From: Octopus sinensis
Taxonomy: Eukaryota
DNA length: 64,000 nucleotides
Direction of reading: 5' to 3'
Assembly (NCBI RefSeq): GCF_006345805.1
Contig: NC_043020.1
Span: 8,370,001-8,434,000, forward strand
The translations under genes were made by a program, and so were the position numbers. This document shows, piece after piece, positions 24,019 to 38,209 of this stretch. How positions within the stretch are numbered: the stretch's first letter is position 1; every line of letters begins with the position of its first letter. The notes under the pieces are model-generated. The model worked only from the letters and a program-made list of their open reading frames with translations. It made no database searches and was not told the DNA's origin.

Positions 24019-24496
24019 TATATTGTTGTGGAGCCAACATCCTCAAATAGGCATCACAGGTTTCTCATCGGGAGGGATTACATCAGATTGAGGGATCTCA
24101 ATCCGAATGCCATGGCATGTTAAGTTACACTCCACTGGGAGAGGATACATTTCTTAAAAGTGGACTTCACCTCCTTTATTATCCTTGTGGGAAGCGTATT
24201 ATTTCAAGTGATATATATAAGGGTGTGTGTATGTGTAAGAGCAAGGGAATATATGTCTGTCTGTGTGTATATATGTGTCTATGCATGTGTATATATATGT
24301 GTGTATGTGTATATATGTCTATACATATGTACAGATATATATCTGTACGTATATGTTTATATATATATATGAGTGTGTGTGCATTTGTGTATGTATGTAT
24401 GTATACACACACACTAGCATATTCATTTGAGGCTGATGACTCCCTTCATCATTAGTCTAATACATACCCCTGTTCAGGCAACAAAGATGAATTGCA

Positions 24497-24538
24497 AGAT
24501 ATATATATATATACACACATATATATATACACACACAC

Positions 24539-24591
<53 letters not shown>

Positions 24592-24674
24592 TATACACAC
24601 ACATATACACACACACACACATATATACACACACACACACACACATATATATACACACACACACACATATATAT

Positions 24675-24707
<33 letters not shown>

Positions 24708-25080
24708 CATATATATACACACACACACATATATATATACACACACACACACACATATATATACACACACACACACACATATATATATACACACACACAC
24801 ACATATATATATACACACACACACACATATATATATACACACACACACATATATATACACACACACACACACATATATATACACACACACATATATATAC
24901 ACACACACATATACATACACACATACACACACATATATATATACACACACACACATATATATACACACACACATATATATACACACACACATATATATAC
25001 ACACACACATATATACACACACACACATATATATACACACACACACACATATGTATACACACACACACACACATATGTAT

Positions 25081-25127
<47 letters not shown>

Positions 25128-25399
25128 TATATACACACACACACACACATATATACACACATACACATATATATATATACATACACACACACACACATAT
25201 ATACACACACACACACATATATACACACACACACACACATACACACACACACATACACACACATATACATATATACACACACACACACACATACACACAC
25301 ATATATATACACACATACACACACACATACACATATACACACACATACATACACACACACACTACATACATACATACACACACACACCACACACACACA
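24497..25399. repeat. ~900-bp compound (TA)n(CA)n microsatellite
   Basis: Seen directly. It produces the spurious H/T/Y/I and C/V ORFs. Confidence 0.98.
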
Positions 25400-26290
25400 G
25401 ATGAGTTAGTGGACAATGAAAGTGGAGAATATCGATCTGATGAAGCCGATTGTCCGTAGGTACCAACACTAAGGTTAGGAGCAGCTAATATCGACAATTA
25501 CATTACAAAAGACAGAGGAATAAATAGAGTACGGTACTTTAAATCAAGCACACTGTCCAATCTGACAGTGTAAAGTACCCGTACACTGTAAAATCAGACT
25601 TAACATGGATGATGAAGAGGTGTTGTTGATATGCCTTGATTTTGTCCGCTGCTTCCAAAATCCGTTGAAGGAAGGTCCATAGTACCAAGGTATGAGTGTA
25701 TACACGCACGCACACACACACAAATGCATATATAGTCACACACTTATACACACATTTATTAAACCTCATGAAGCTGTACAATAATCTGGATAATCTTAAT
25801 GCAGTTGTTTTTTGTGTTATTGTTGTTGATTATCTCAAAACCTCCCACACACACACTTTTGACCCAAAGGTGTTCCCCCTGTAAATATCCCATTCTTTTG
25901 TCTGTATACCGTTGGATGCTTAAGACAGTGATTTGACTGCTATCTCTAGCATACCAAGTGACCACATAAAAACTCCCTCAACATTTCTGTTGTTTATAAA
26001 CAAATAAAAACCATTTTTGTTTTTTTTTAATTTAAAATGTCTTCAGTTGTATTTATTTTTTACTTTTACTGACTTTATTTCATTCCTATCTTCCAAAATA
26101 ATGCATCACTTTTTGTAGATTAAAGGGCAAATTTCCACTATATTCTTCTGCATAAGGTACCCCTCTACTTCTGCTCACTACATTCTTTAGGTGGAGTTTT
26201 TGTTGTTTAGCAGTTAATTAGCCCTGATCAAGCAGATATAGGCTTTGGTGTCCTAAAGTTAAACTCTATCCAAAGGTTTAATTTTGTGAA

Positions 26291-26513
26291 TACTCTTTAC
26301 TCTTTTACTTGTTTCAGTCATTTGACTGTGGCCATGCTGGAGCACCGCCTTTAATCGAGCAACTCGACCCCGGGACTTATTCTTTTGTAAGCCCAGTACT
26401 TATTCTATCGGTCTCTTTTGTCGAACCACTGAGTAACGGGGACATAAACACACCAGCATCGGTTGTCAAGCAATACTAGGGGGACAAACACAGACACACA
26501 AGCACACACACGC

Positions 26514-26544
<31 letters not shown>

Positions 26545-26723
26545 TACGACGGGCTTCTTTCAGTTTCCGTCTACCAAATCCACTCACAAGGCTTTGGTCG
26601 GCCCGAGGCTATAGTAGAAGAAACTTGCCCAAGGTGCAACGCAGTGGGACTGAACCTGGAACCATGTGGTTGGTAAGCAAGCTACTTGCTACACTGCCAC
26701 TCCTACACCACACAGCCACTCCT
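26291..26723 (-). mobile_element. SINE family A copy
   Basis: Full consensus match. Further minus copies at ~28907-29285, 30944-31319, 32648-33042, 33812-34209, 35694-36084 and 49733-50138. Confidence 0.88.
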
Positions 26724-26785
26724 ACACCTGTAGTATCATAAAATTCCAAGACTTGTCATGTTCAATAAAAAATTACTTATTTTAC

Positions 26786-27030
26786 CTAAATTTTACCATC
26801 CTCTCCTTCGAAATAGCCACCTTGCACAGCAATACACTGGTCCCAACATTCCTGCCACTTTTGGAATCCGGCCTGGAAGACGTTTTCCATACATGAGTCA
26901 ATGTCCTTCTGGATTTCGACATTGGTGTTAAAACGGCAGCCTTTGAGCTGCATTTTTCATCTCGGAGAAGAGATGGAAAGCGGCAGGTGTTAAATCTTGT
27001 GAATAGGGCAGGTGCAAAAGTAATACGTCG
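26786..27030 (-). mobile_element. mariner transposase C-terminal relic
   Basis: Minus strand HLPYSQDLTPAAFHLF (degenerate YSPDLAPxD motif), then LKGCRF...FQKWQECWDQCIAVQGGYFEGE. Confidence 0.85.
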
Positions 27031-28237
27031 TTGATTTTGGTGAGAAACTCACAAGTGAGGAGAACTTGGCAATGGTACATTGTCAGGAAGAATCCAATTC
27101 GTCATGCTCCACAGATCCGAAGTTAAGGCTTTCTTGCAACATCAGTTGTTCAATGTAACACCACAAGCTAACAATATTTAGGCACTAGATGAATGCCTAG
27201 AACAATTTCATTGCCATGCACACATCTCAAAAAAGGTCCAGCTGGTAACACAGCTATTCCTGTAGAATTTATGAACAAGAATGGTCCCTTTCCCTACTGT
27301 CATGCCAGGGATTACAGGAAGTTGTCCTCAGGTTCCAGAATGAAAGTCCTTTGGAATAAATCAGTCACTTGGTCTTAGTCTATGCCCAGAATTTCCCTAT
27401 GGCTAATAGATTATATTGACCCAATTATTTGACTGTACTTGAATTTATCAACCCCAAAAGGATGAAAAGCAATGTTGACCCCAGCGGAATTTGAACTTGG
27501 AACGTAAAGAGCCAGAAGAAATTCCACTAAGCATTTTAGTCTTTTAGTCTTTTTTTTTGTGTGTGTTTCAGTCATTTGACTAGCCATGCTGGAGCACCAA
27601 CAATTCTTCCAGCTCAATGTCATTTCTTTCTTTTTCTTTAAAGGCCAGAAATTTCAGTGGCAAGAGGTCAGTTTATTACACTGACCCCTGTACTTGACTG
27701 ATACTTATATAATCAACCCTGAAAAAGGATAAAAGGTAAAGTTGACCTTGACAGGATTTGAACACAAATTGTAAAGAGTCAGAAGATTAATAATAATGAT
27801 AATCCTTTCTAACTTTGGCACAGTGCCAGAATTTTTGAGGGGAAGGGATTAGTCAATCACATTAACCCCAGTACTTGACTGGTACTTTATTTTATCAACC
27901 CTGAAAAGATGAAAGGCAAACTCAGCTGTGTCAGGATTTGAACTCAAGATGTAACAAGATTGTTAATAATAATAATAATAATAATCCTTTCTAATGAAAG
28001 CACAAGGCCTAAAATTTGGGGGAGAGATTAAGTCGATTACATTGAACCCAGTACACAACTGGTACTTAATTTATCGACCCCAAAAGGATGAAAAACAAAG
28101 TCGACCTCAGCAGATTTTGAACTCAGAACGTAGCAGCAGACGAAATACCACTAAGCATTTTATCTGCCATGCTAACAATTCTGCCAGCTCACTACCTTAG
28201 CAATAAGAAGAAGAAGAAGAGCATTCAGAAAATGCAA

Positions 28238-28573
28238 ACCTCCACCAAAGCAACACCAATGTCCTCTCAACAATTAACTAGAGATGATTTTTAAAACAAG
28301 AATATCTGAAATCAACTCAACTGCTCTCACAAACGAGAATGCTAAAAATGAACTTGAATGCTCTCAAAAATTAGGTACAAAGAAAAAATGAAAAAAATAA
28401 TCCAGAATCCCTGTCCGCTATCAGATCAATCCCAAAATCTAATCAGTTTGTGCCAGTTGTGAGGCCAAACATCCTTGAAAGTTTCATCCAAATCCATCCA
28501 GTGGTTCTTAAGCAATCTTGTCCATGGACAAACGAACACAACTGAAAACAACACCTTTGCTAAGGTGGAGGTA
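28238..28573. mobile_element. Possible Helentron-associated (HINE-like) non-autonomous element
   Basis: Subterminal acctccacc / ggtggaggt inverted motif and body cccaaaatctaatcagtt...agtttcatccaaatccatccagtggtt, resembling recalled HINE bodies. Confidence 0.4.
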
Positions 28574-28798
28574 ATAATGATGGTTTCAAATTTTACCACA
28601 AGGGCAGCAATTTGAGGGGAGGGGGTAAGTTGATTACATTGACCCCAGTGCTCAACTGGTGCTTATTTTATCGACCCCAAAAGGACGAAAGGCAAAGTCG
28701 ACCTCGGCGGAATTTGAACTCAGAACGTGAACCTAATAATGATAATAATAATAATAACACCTTTTTTCTTTTAATGCACAAGATGTTAGGGGGACAGG

Positions 28799-28859
<61 letters not shown>

Positions 28860-30284
28860 TGTGTATAAGTTTGTATGTGTCTGTATATGTCTTTTAGTCT
28901 TTAGTTTTTTACTTGTTTCAGTCATTTGACTGCGGCCATGCTGGAGCACCGCCTTTAGTCGAGCAAATCGACCCCGGGACTTATTCTTTGTAAGCCCAGT
29001 ACTTATTCTATCGGTCTCTTTTGCCGAACCGCTAAGTAACAGGGACATAAACACACTAGCATCGGTTGTCAAGCAATGCTAGGGGGACAAACACAGACGC
29101 ACACACGCATATATATATATATATATACGACGGGCTTCTTTCAGTTTCCGTCTACCAAATCCACTCACAAGGCATTGGTCAACCCGGGACTATAGCAGAA
29201 GACACTTGCCCAAGATGCCACGCTGTGGGACTGAACCCGGAACCATGTGGTTGGTTAGCAAGCTACTTACCACATAGCCACTCCTGTGGCTGTGAGGTAA
29301 GAAACTTGCTTCCCGACCACATGGTTCTGGGTTCAGTGCCACTGCATGGCACCTCGCGCAAATGTTTTCTACTATAGCCTCAGACTGACCAAAGCTTTGT
29401 GATTGGATTTGGTAGATGGAAACTGAAAGAAACCTCTCGTATGTATATATATGTGTGTGTGTATGTATTTGTGTGTCTGTGTTTGTCCAGCCCCACCATC
29501 ATTTGACAGGCAACATTGGTGTGGTTACATCCCCGTAACTTTGGCCCGGGGCTATAGCAGAAGACGCCCAAGATGCCACGCAGTGGGACTGAACCCAGAA
29601 CCATGTGGTTGTTAAGCAAGCTACTTACCACACAGCCACTCCTACGCATATGTGTATATGTATTGTGTGTGTGTGGTGGGGGTCTTTATTGAAATCCAGT
29701 GAAAGGAAATAGCTAGAGATGGTACCAACAAAATTACCAAAAGATTTAGTAACTTATTGTATAACTATTTCTGCTGAAGGCGATCGATGAGGTAGCAGCA
29801 GTAGCAGCGGCAGCAGCAACCGTTAATTCGGCACTTGAGTTCCTCGTCTCGATCTAAGTGTTTCCACTAAGTGCACGCTGTGCTTTGGAACGCTGCATGT
29901 GCACAACAACAATAACGCCGTGTGCACGTTTTAATGCACACCTTTACAAAGACGTTCTCGCACATCAAACAAACAGAGGAACAGACATTGTGGCCTTAAG
30001 CAAGTTCCATTACTCACACAGTTCAAGTCAGGAAAAAAGTTATTTCTGCAATGTTTCCTATTTCTTTTTGTGAAAGAGAAGGGAAGTGGGGAAGGAGGGG
30101 GCGTGGTACTGTTAAGACCCATTGCTTATAACACTAGCTCTCTCTCTCTCTCTCCTCCCCCCTCTGTGTCTCTCTTACCTTCTCACTCTCTGTTTCTCTT
30201 TGACCTCCCCTCTCTCTGTTTCCTATCATATTGTGGAAGTTGTATTATAAAGATTGTTGCTGTTAATACTCTATCTCTTTTCTC

Positions 30285-30323
<39 letters not shown>

Positions 30324-31163
30324 CTCTCTCTCTCTATCTCTCGATCTATCTATCTATCTCTCTCTCTCTCTATCTATCTATCTCTCTCTATCTAGCTATC
30401 TCTCTCTCTTTCCTATTATATTGTGATGGTGTATTGTAAAGATTTGCTGATAATACTACCTCTCTCTTTCTCTCTCTCTTTCTCTTCCTGTTTCCCTGTC
30501 AGTCTCTCTCTCCCCATCCCACCCCCCACCCCCATCCGTCACCCACTCTCTCTCCCCCTCTCTCACTTCCCTATCACACATTATGATAAACCGGTGTATT
30601 GTTAAAATTTCTGCTCTTAATATTACTTCCCACCCAAATCTATCTCTTTCCCATCGTGGTCTTATTGTACTGTAAAGACTTTTGTTGTTACCAATATTAA
30701 CTCGCACACTCCATCCATTTTCTTAATGCCTTTTCCCTTCCCCCCCTACCCTCTCTTCTTTCATCTTCTCTTTCTCTCTCCTCCCCCATGATCCCCCTCT
30801 CTGTTTTCTTTTGTTCCTCAAACAACTTTTCACTTCTACCCCTCTCACTCCCTCTCTTTTCATAATACTTTCCAACTCTCTTAATTGACCTTATATATTT
30901 TATATCAATGTACACACTCATACATATATATATATATATATATACTCTTTTACTTGTTTCAGTCATTTGACTGCGGCCATGCTGGAGCACCACCTTTAAT
31001 CGAGCAACTCGACCCCGGGACTTATTCTTTTGTAAACCCAGTACTTATTCTATCGGTCTCTTTTGTCGAACCGCTAAGTAACGAGGACATAAACACACCA
31101 GCATCGGTTGTCAAGCAATGCTAGGGGGACAAACACAGACACACAAACATATACACACACACT

Positions 31164-31195
<32 letters not shown>

Positions 31196-31643
31196 TACGA
31201 CAGGCTTCTTTCAGTTTCCATCTACCAAATCCACTCACAAGGCATTGGTCAGCCCGGGGCTATAGCAGAAGACACTTGCCCAAGATGCCACGCAGTGGGA
31301 CTGAACCCGGAACCATGTGTTTGGTTCCATATGTTGCATGGACAACAGGGAAATATATTAATTGTATGAGATGTGATACAAAGGACAGGCAAAAGGTTGA
31401 GTTGCTTCACATAGTTTGTGCCGAAACACTAAGGTCCATTTTCGGTCTTCAGTTCCACTTTATCTTAGGACAACATGTATTCATGTTTACGTTGGACACT
31501 ATTACTACGCACTTGGTTCTCTTGGATAACTTTCAGCTAAATAAACTGAGAATTTCTCAAAATTTTAGTATCACCACTAACAAGTGCAGTTGACCTCATG
31601 TATCTAAATACTAGTACCATATGCCATCTATGTTCCAGCCAGT

Positions 31644-32190
31644 GAAATTTTTTTTTTTCCCACAAGAGTTCCGGACCCCAGTAGTGAACTCATTTGCATA
31701 CTGCCAATCAGAGCTCACTTTGATCATGTCAAGTTAACAAACACACTCTACCAAGTAAACACAAGACGAAGAGCGGTCTCCTAAGTCGACCGATCGCCAA
31801 GTTTATGCCTGATTTTAGAAGGGGACAAGTAATTAGATGCATTTGCATCTATACCTATTATCGGATTTTGTTAGGGCCCCTTATGGTAAAGATGTGGATG
31901 AGGAAAATGTGGTTAGAGGGTGATGTGCTAGCAACTCCCTCCCCTTACTGTTTTACAAAGTAAACAACATAAATAACTACACAGAGGCAGCCAGGGTTGA
32001 AACAAGAACAAGAACAAGAAGCATCCTTAAAAGAGAAAAGAAGCATGGTCATTCCTTACCCAAGGGATCTTATCTTATCACCCATCACTTGTTATCCGCT
32101 CATAAATTAGTTTGATAGTTGAGCTCTGATTGGTTGTATGCAAATGAGTTCATAACTGGGGTCCGAAAGTCTTGTGGGAAAAAAAATTTC
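31644..32190. mobile_element. MITE-like element with ~70-bp imperfect TIRs
   Basis: 31644-31717 is the inverse of 32120-32190, with about 6 substitutions and a homopolymer difference. No TSD resolved. Confidence 0.65.
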
Positions 32191-33779
32191 GCTTCTGGCC
32201 AATGGAACAATGGACACATGCATGCCTTTGTGAGCGTGTGTGAGTGAATACAAATACATAAAGCAGAACACACACACACACTCATCCATTAGCCCTCATA
32301 CACACATACACACATACATAAATACATATGTACAACCATTATTTTTCATACATACACACACACATACATTGGTTAATCCAAATATATTTCCACATATTCA
32401 AGAAGTGTTCCGGTGAATTATGTCTTTCTGCATAAAAAAAATCCATTATGAGTAACAGAAGCAGTTTTAGAGACAAGAAAAATAGCCATTTGTGTATCAT
32501 ACTTAATGTACACACATCGCAGAAAAGCAAATTTACTGCAATTGTCAGTAAGTAAATACTACTGACAAATCGCAACAAGAGAGAAATGCACATGTGGTAT
32601 TCTCACTGCGCACTACTGGGCGATTTTCGTTTGCTACCGATATATATACTCTTTACTCTTTTAATTGTTTCAGTCATTTGACTGCAGCCATGCTGGAGCA
32701 CCACCTTTAGTCAAGCAAATCGACCCCGGGACTTATTCTTTGTAAGCCCAGTACTTATTCTATCGGCCTCTTTTGCCGAACCGCTAAGTAACGGCGACGT
32801 AAACACACCAGCATCGGTTGTCAAACAATGCCAGGGGGACAAACACACACACACAAACACACACACATATATATATATATATACATATATACGACAGGCT
32901 TCTTTCAGTTTCCATCTACCAAATCCACTCACATGGCTTGGTCGGCCCGAGGCTATAGCAAAAGACACTTGGCCAAGATGCCACGCAGTGGGACTGAACC
33001 CGGAACCATGTGGTTGGTTAGCAAGCTACTTACCACACAGCCACACATCGCAGAAAAGCAAATTTACTGCAATTGTCAGTGAGTAAATACTACTGACAAA
33101 TCGCAACAAGAGAGAAATGCACGTGTTGATCTCACTGCCACTACTGGGCGATTTTCATCTGCTACTGATATATATGTGGTTTTTTTTAACATAGTACGTT
33201 ATACAGTTTATACATTACAGATGATATCACTAAAAAAGAATACAGCCAGACAAAGAGATCTTAAAAGTAAAAACGAAAAGGCAACTGAAATGAAGGTGCA
33301 TAAGTCTGATCTCTTCATCAGTCGTCAACAGAAGAACATTTTACATGCACACAAACACACGTATATTTTTGCTTAGGCATTACAAGACAAATAACCCGGT
33401 TTAGAACTTCAATTACGTATGTTTCACAACAAAGCTGAGTATAGAGTGGTAATAAGAAAGAGAGATGACAAAGGAATTAACGATTATCTTCTGAACTCGA
33501 TTACCCTACAGCTGTTTCTTGCTACAAGATGCAGTGGACTCATGGTTGAGTGCCTGAATAACACCTCATATCTTCATTAGAGATTCGAATGAAGTGCAAC
33601 TTATTTGGGAAAGAATTACATTTGTGCCTATATAGGGAACGGCAAAACTTTTCATTTAATTTTTCCAAAATTTGTTTTCCATACTTAGAGTTGAAAAGTC
33701 TCAATGACCAAAACCGGTACTAAAATGTTTTTTTATGAAATTATTTTAGAATTTTCTACCTTGACCTTATTTTTTCCAC

Positions 33780-33812
<33 letters not shown>

Positions 33813-34601
33813 ACTCTCTTTTACTCTTTTACTTGTTTCAGTCATTTGACTGTGGCCATGCTGGAGCACCACCTTTAGTCGAGCAACTCAACCCCGGGAC
33901 TTATTCTTTGTAAGCCCAGTACTTATTCTATCGGTCTCTTTTGCCGAACCGCTAAGTGACGGGGACGTAAACACACCAGCATCGGTTGTCAAGCAATGCT
34001 AGGAGGACAAACACACACACATACACATATAAGTATATATATACATATATACGACAGGCTTCTTTCAGTTTCCGTCTACCAAATCCACTCACAAGGCATT
34101 GGTCGGCCCGAGGCTATAGCAGAAGACACTTTCCCAAGATGCCACGCAGTGGGACTGAACCCGGAACCATGTGGTTGGTTAGCAAGCTACTTACCACACA
34201 GCCACTCCTGTATACTTTTATTCCTTTACTTGTTTCAGTCATTAAATTGCGACCATGCTGGGGCACCGTCTTGAATGTTTTAGTCGAATTAATCGACCAC
34301 AATACTTATTTTTTAAGCCCAGTACATATTCTATCAGTCTCCTTTGCCAAACCGCTAGATTACGGGGATGCAAACACACCAACACCGGTTATCAAGTGCT
34401 GGTGGGGGTGACAGACAGACACACACACACACACACATATATATAGGACAGGCTTCTTTCGGTTTCTGTCTACCAGATCCACTCACAAGGCTTTGGTCAG
34501 CCTAAGGCTATAGAAGAAGACACTTGCCTAAGGTGCCACGCAGTGGGACTGAACTTGGAACTATGAGGTTGGGAAGCAAGCTTCTTACCACACAGCCACA
34601 T

Positions 34602-34632
<31 letters not shown>

Positions 34633-37608
34633 CACACACACACTTATGTGTATGTGTGAGAGAGAGAGAGAGGGGGAGAGAGAGAGACAGAGAGAAAAAG
34701 GGAGAGAGAGAGAGAGATGCTGAATCTATAATAGGAAAGATAATTAAAATAGAAACAAATATTGAAAAAAAAAAAAAAGTTGGAAGGAATCTGACATTTT
34801 CTTGTAGATTCAAGCGGAGAAGGGGTTGGGGGTGGAGGGATGGTGGCGGTATCAGTGTACAGAGAGGAGGAGGAAGGGAAGAGAATGAGGAGGATGGGAG
34901 TGCGGTGTCGGACGTTTGTCGTGAAGTACCCCTCGCACCACTGTTAGAATCACCACCACCACCACCACAGCCGCCGCCATTACTGTCATCATCATCATCA
35001 TCATCGTTGTCTTCATCGTGATCACCATCGTCATCAGCGTCGTCACCATCTTCATCCTTCACCGTTGTCGTCACAAACAAGAACATCATCATCATTATCA
35101 TCACCATCATCATCAAGAAACAGCATCCGCATCAGCGTCTCCCGCCCCATCGCCCCCCCCTCCATCACGTTCACACCACAGCAACACCCCACCCTACCCC
35201 GCTTGACTGCTACTTGGCCCCGCCTTCTTGTAAACTGTTGGGTGTTTTACCTTCCAAAAATAATACGGAATCGGGGCCAAGACTTTAAAGCAAACACATA
35301 GGGCCTTCCTTGAGGCTGAAACAGGGAGTGCGCAGAATGAGAAGGGGCGTGCACGTATGAGAAAGGGACACTTTATGATTGATGAGTCGCCGTCGTCGTC
35401 ATCATCGCCGTTGTTGTTGTTGTTGTTTAGCCCAAGGTCAGCCCTGGTCGCAGAGTCTTCTGGGCCGTACGTTTGATAATCGGCCGACCAATGGAGTGTG
35501 ATGCACCGATCGTTAGAGGTGGAGGAAAGATAAGGAAGAGGTAAAGTAGGAGGAGAGGAGTTTAGAATATGAAAGTACTAAGAAGAGAGAAAGAGAAATA
35601 GAGAGAGGGGGGGGAGAAATTAAAATGAGAAAGAAAGATAGGTACGTAGGTAGGTAAGTAGATAGATAGATAGATGTAATTATGTATGTCATTACTCTTA
35701 CTTGTTTCAGTCATTTGACTGCGGCCATGCTGGAGCACCGCCTTTAGTCGAGCAAATCGACCTCGGGACTTATTCTTTGTAAGCTTAGTATTTATTCTAT
35801 CGGTCTCTTTTGCCGAACCGCTAAGTTACGGGATGTAAACACACCAGTATCGGTTGTCAAGCGATGTTGGGAGAACAAACAGACAGACAGACATATACAT
35901 ACACATACACACATATATATACGACGGGCTTCTTTCAGTTTCCGTCTACGAAATCCACTCACAAGGCTTTGGTAGGCCCGAGGCTATAGTAGAAGACACT
36001 TGCCCAAGGTGCCACGCAGTGGGACTGAACCCAGAACCATGTGGTTGGTAAGCAAGCTACTTACAACACAGCCACTCCTACGCCATTTTTCAGTTTTATT
36101 TCAAGATTTCTTGCCAATAGAGAAAGAGCCGGTTTCTAACCCAGAACCAAGGCTCCTTCATGGGAATTTCAACAACATCAATAGGGTATTTCGTATGTAT
36201 GTATGCAGATTTGTATATTTCGTTTTAAGTATGTCTTCTCATGCTTATTGTTGCAGGTCTAGATATGTTCATATATGCTTAAATGATAAACTTCTGGAAA
36301 GTTTTGCAGATTTTATGTATGTATGTACACACCGACATTTCCTTACAAAACACCAAAATCTGCGTTATTGTTGTTTGGGTAACAACAATAATAGGAGCAC
36401 TCCGTCGGTTGCGTCGACGAGGGTCCCAGCTGATCCGAATCAACGGAACATCTTACTCGTGAAATTAACGTGCAAGTGGCTGAGCACTCCACAGACACGT
36501 GTACCCTTAACGTAGTTCTCGGGGAGATTCAGCGTGACACAGAGTGTGACAAGCTGACCCTTTGAAATACTGGTACGACTCATTTTTGCCGGCTGACTGG
36601 ACTGAAGCAACGTGAAATAAAGTGTCTTAGTCAAGGATCCAACGCGCCGCCGGGAATTGAACTCACGACCTTGAGCCGAATGCCTCTCTAACCACTAAGC
36701 CACACGCCTTCACTAACACTAATAATAACAACAATAATAATTGTTGCATATTGAATTTTAGAAAAGGTTCGCATAGTTTAGCCGGTCTCTTGCAGCAGTG
36801 AGTGCCACCCACAAAATGATACGAAATGGGGCCAAACTTAAAGCAACACCCAACCCTTTCTACAAGCTGAAATAGGGAGCACCGAACGAAAAGGGCATGT
36901 ACGTATGAAAGAGATACTGTGTAATAGATGAGTTGCAACAGGATAAACGTGTGTACACACTCGCACACACACGTGTATGTGTCTATATATGTACATAGGT
37001 ATTTGTGTACGCATTTTCTTCAACGCGTCATAATCCTTCTACTAAAGGCACGGGGTAAGGGGTTAGTCGATTACAGTGACCCAGGTATTTAATTGTTACT
37101 TATTTCATCGACCCCCGAAGGGATAAAAAGCAAAATTGACCTCGGCGTAATTTGAACTCAGAACGTAAAGACGGACGAAATGCCGCTAAGCATTTTGTCC
37201 GGTACGCTAACGATTCTTCAAACGCGGAAAACTTTTCATTTTTAACATTTTTTTTTTCCACATTCAATTTTTGCTGAAGAAATGATGGCTATTATATAAA
37301 CGCACAAAAACTCCATCATTGAAACACGTGTAGAATGGTTATTTAAATAAATCATTGTAAATATTATATTAGTCCATGCAAAGACGGCCGAGCTGGCAGA
37401 ATCGTTAGCACAGCGGGCAAAATGCTTAGCGATATTTCGTCCACCTTCACGTTCTGAGTTCCAATTCCGCCGAGGTCACCTTTGCTTTCATTGTTTCGGG
37501 GTCGAAAAAATAAATACCAGTAGAACAATATATATTGCACACCTTTCGTCAACATTATATCATTATATTGCTCTTTTTTGTTTTACGATCTGATATTTGT
37601 TACATATA

Positions 37609-37764
37609 AGCGCAGAAGTGGTTGTGTGGTAAGTAGCTTGATTACCAACCACATGGTTCCGGGTTCAGTTTCACCTTCGACAAGTGTCTTCTACTATAGC
37701 CTTGGGCCGACCAAAGCCTTGTGAGTGGATTTGGTAGACGGAAACTGACAGAAACCTGTCGTAT

Positions 37765-37858
<94 letters not shown>

Positions 37859-38066
37859 TGTGTGTGTGTGTGTGTTCGTATTCGTCCCCCACCATCGCTT
37901 GACAACCGATGTTGGTGTGTTTACATCTCCGTAACTTAGCGGTTCGGCAAATACACCGATAGAATAAGTACTAGGCTTACAAAGAATGAGTCCTGGGGGC
38001 GATTTGCTCGACTAAAGGCAGTGCTCCAGCATGGCCGCAGGCAAGATGACTGAAACAAATAAAAGA
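37609..38066 (+). mobile_element. SINE family A copy
   Basis: Full consensus match. Further plus copies at ~50907-51389, 55299-55691, 58261-58628 and 58659-59076. Confidence 0.88.
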
Positions 38067-38209
38067 ATATATCTATATATATTACGCCATGGTGTGTGTT
38101 TTTTTTACCATGTGAACTGATTAATCGGGAAGTAAACAAGTTTTTCTTAATTACATTATTTCTATATTGTGTTTTGTAAGTATTGAGTTCTATAATGTCT
38201 TGATAAATC

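Noticed and set aside
24427-25497. Several 300-aa ORFs on both strands
   Set aside because: They are translations of the (TA/CA)n microsatellite. The same applies to the ORFs at 34508-35301, 44876-45730 and 60000-62800.
25400-25690. Possible small gene after FANCD2 (MDDEEVLLICLDFVRCFQNP...; donor-like AAG|gtatga)
   Set aside because: Frames are closed by stops. The STLSNL and LLICLDF pieces look more like a very old LINE RT remnant, too weak to list as a feature.
29872-29941. Three metal-response-element cores (TGCRCNC) in 70 bp
   Set aside because: TGCACAC is common in this CA-rich genome and I can see no linked promoter or target gene.
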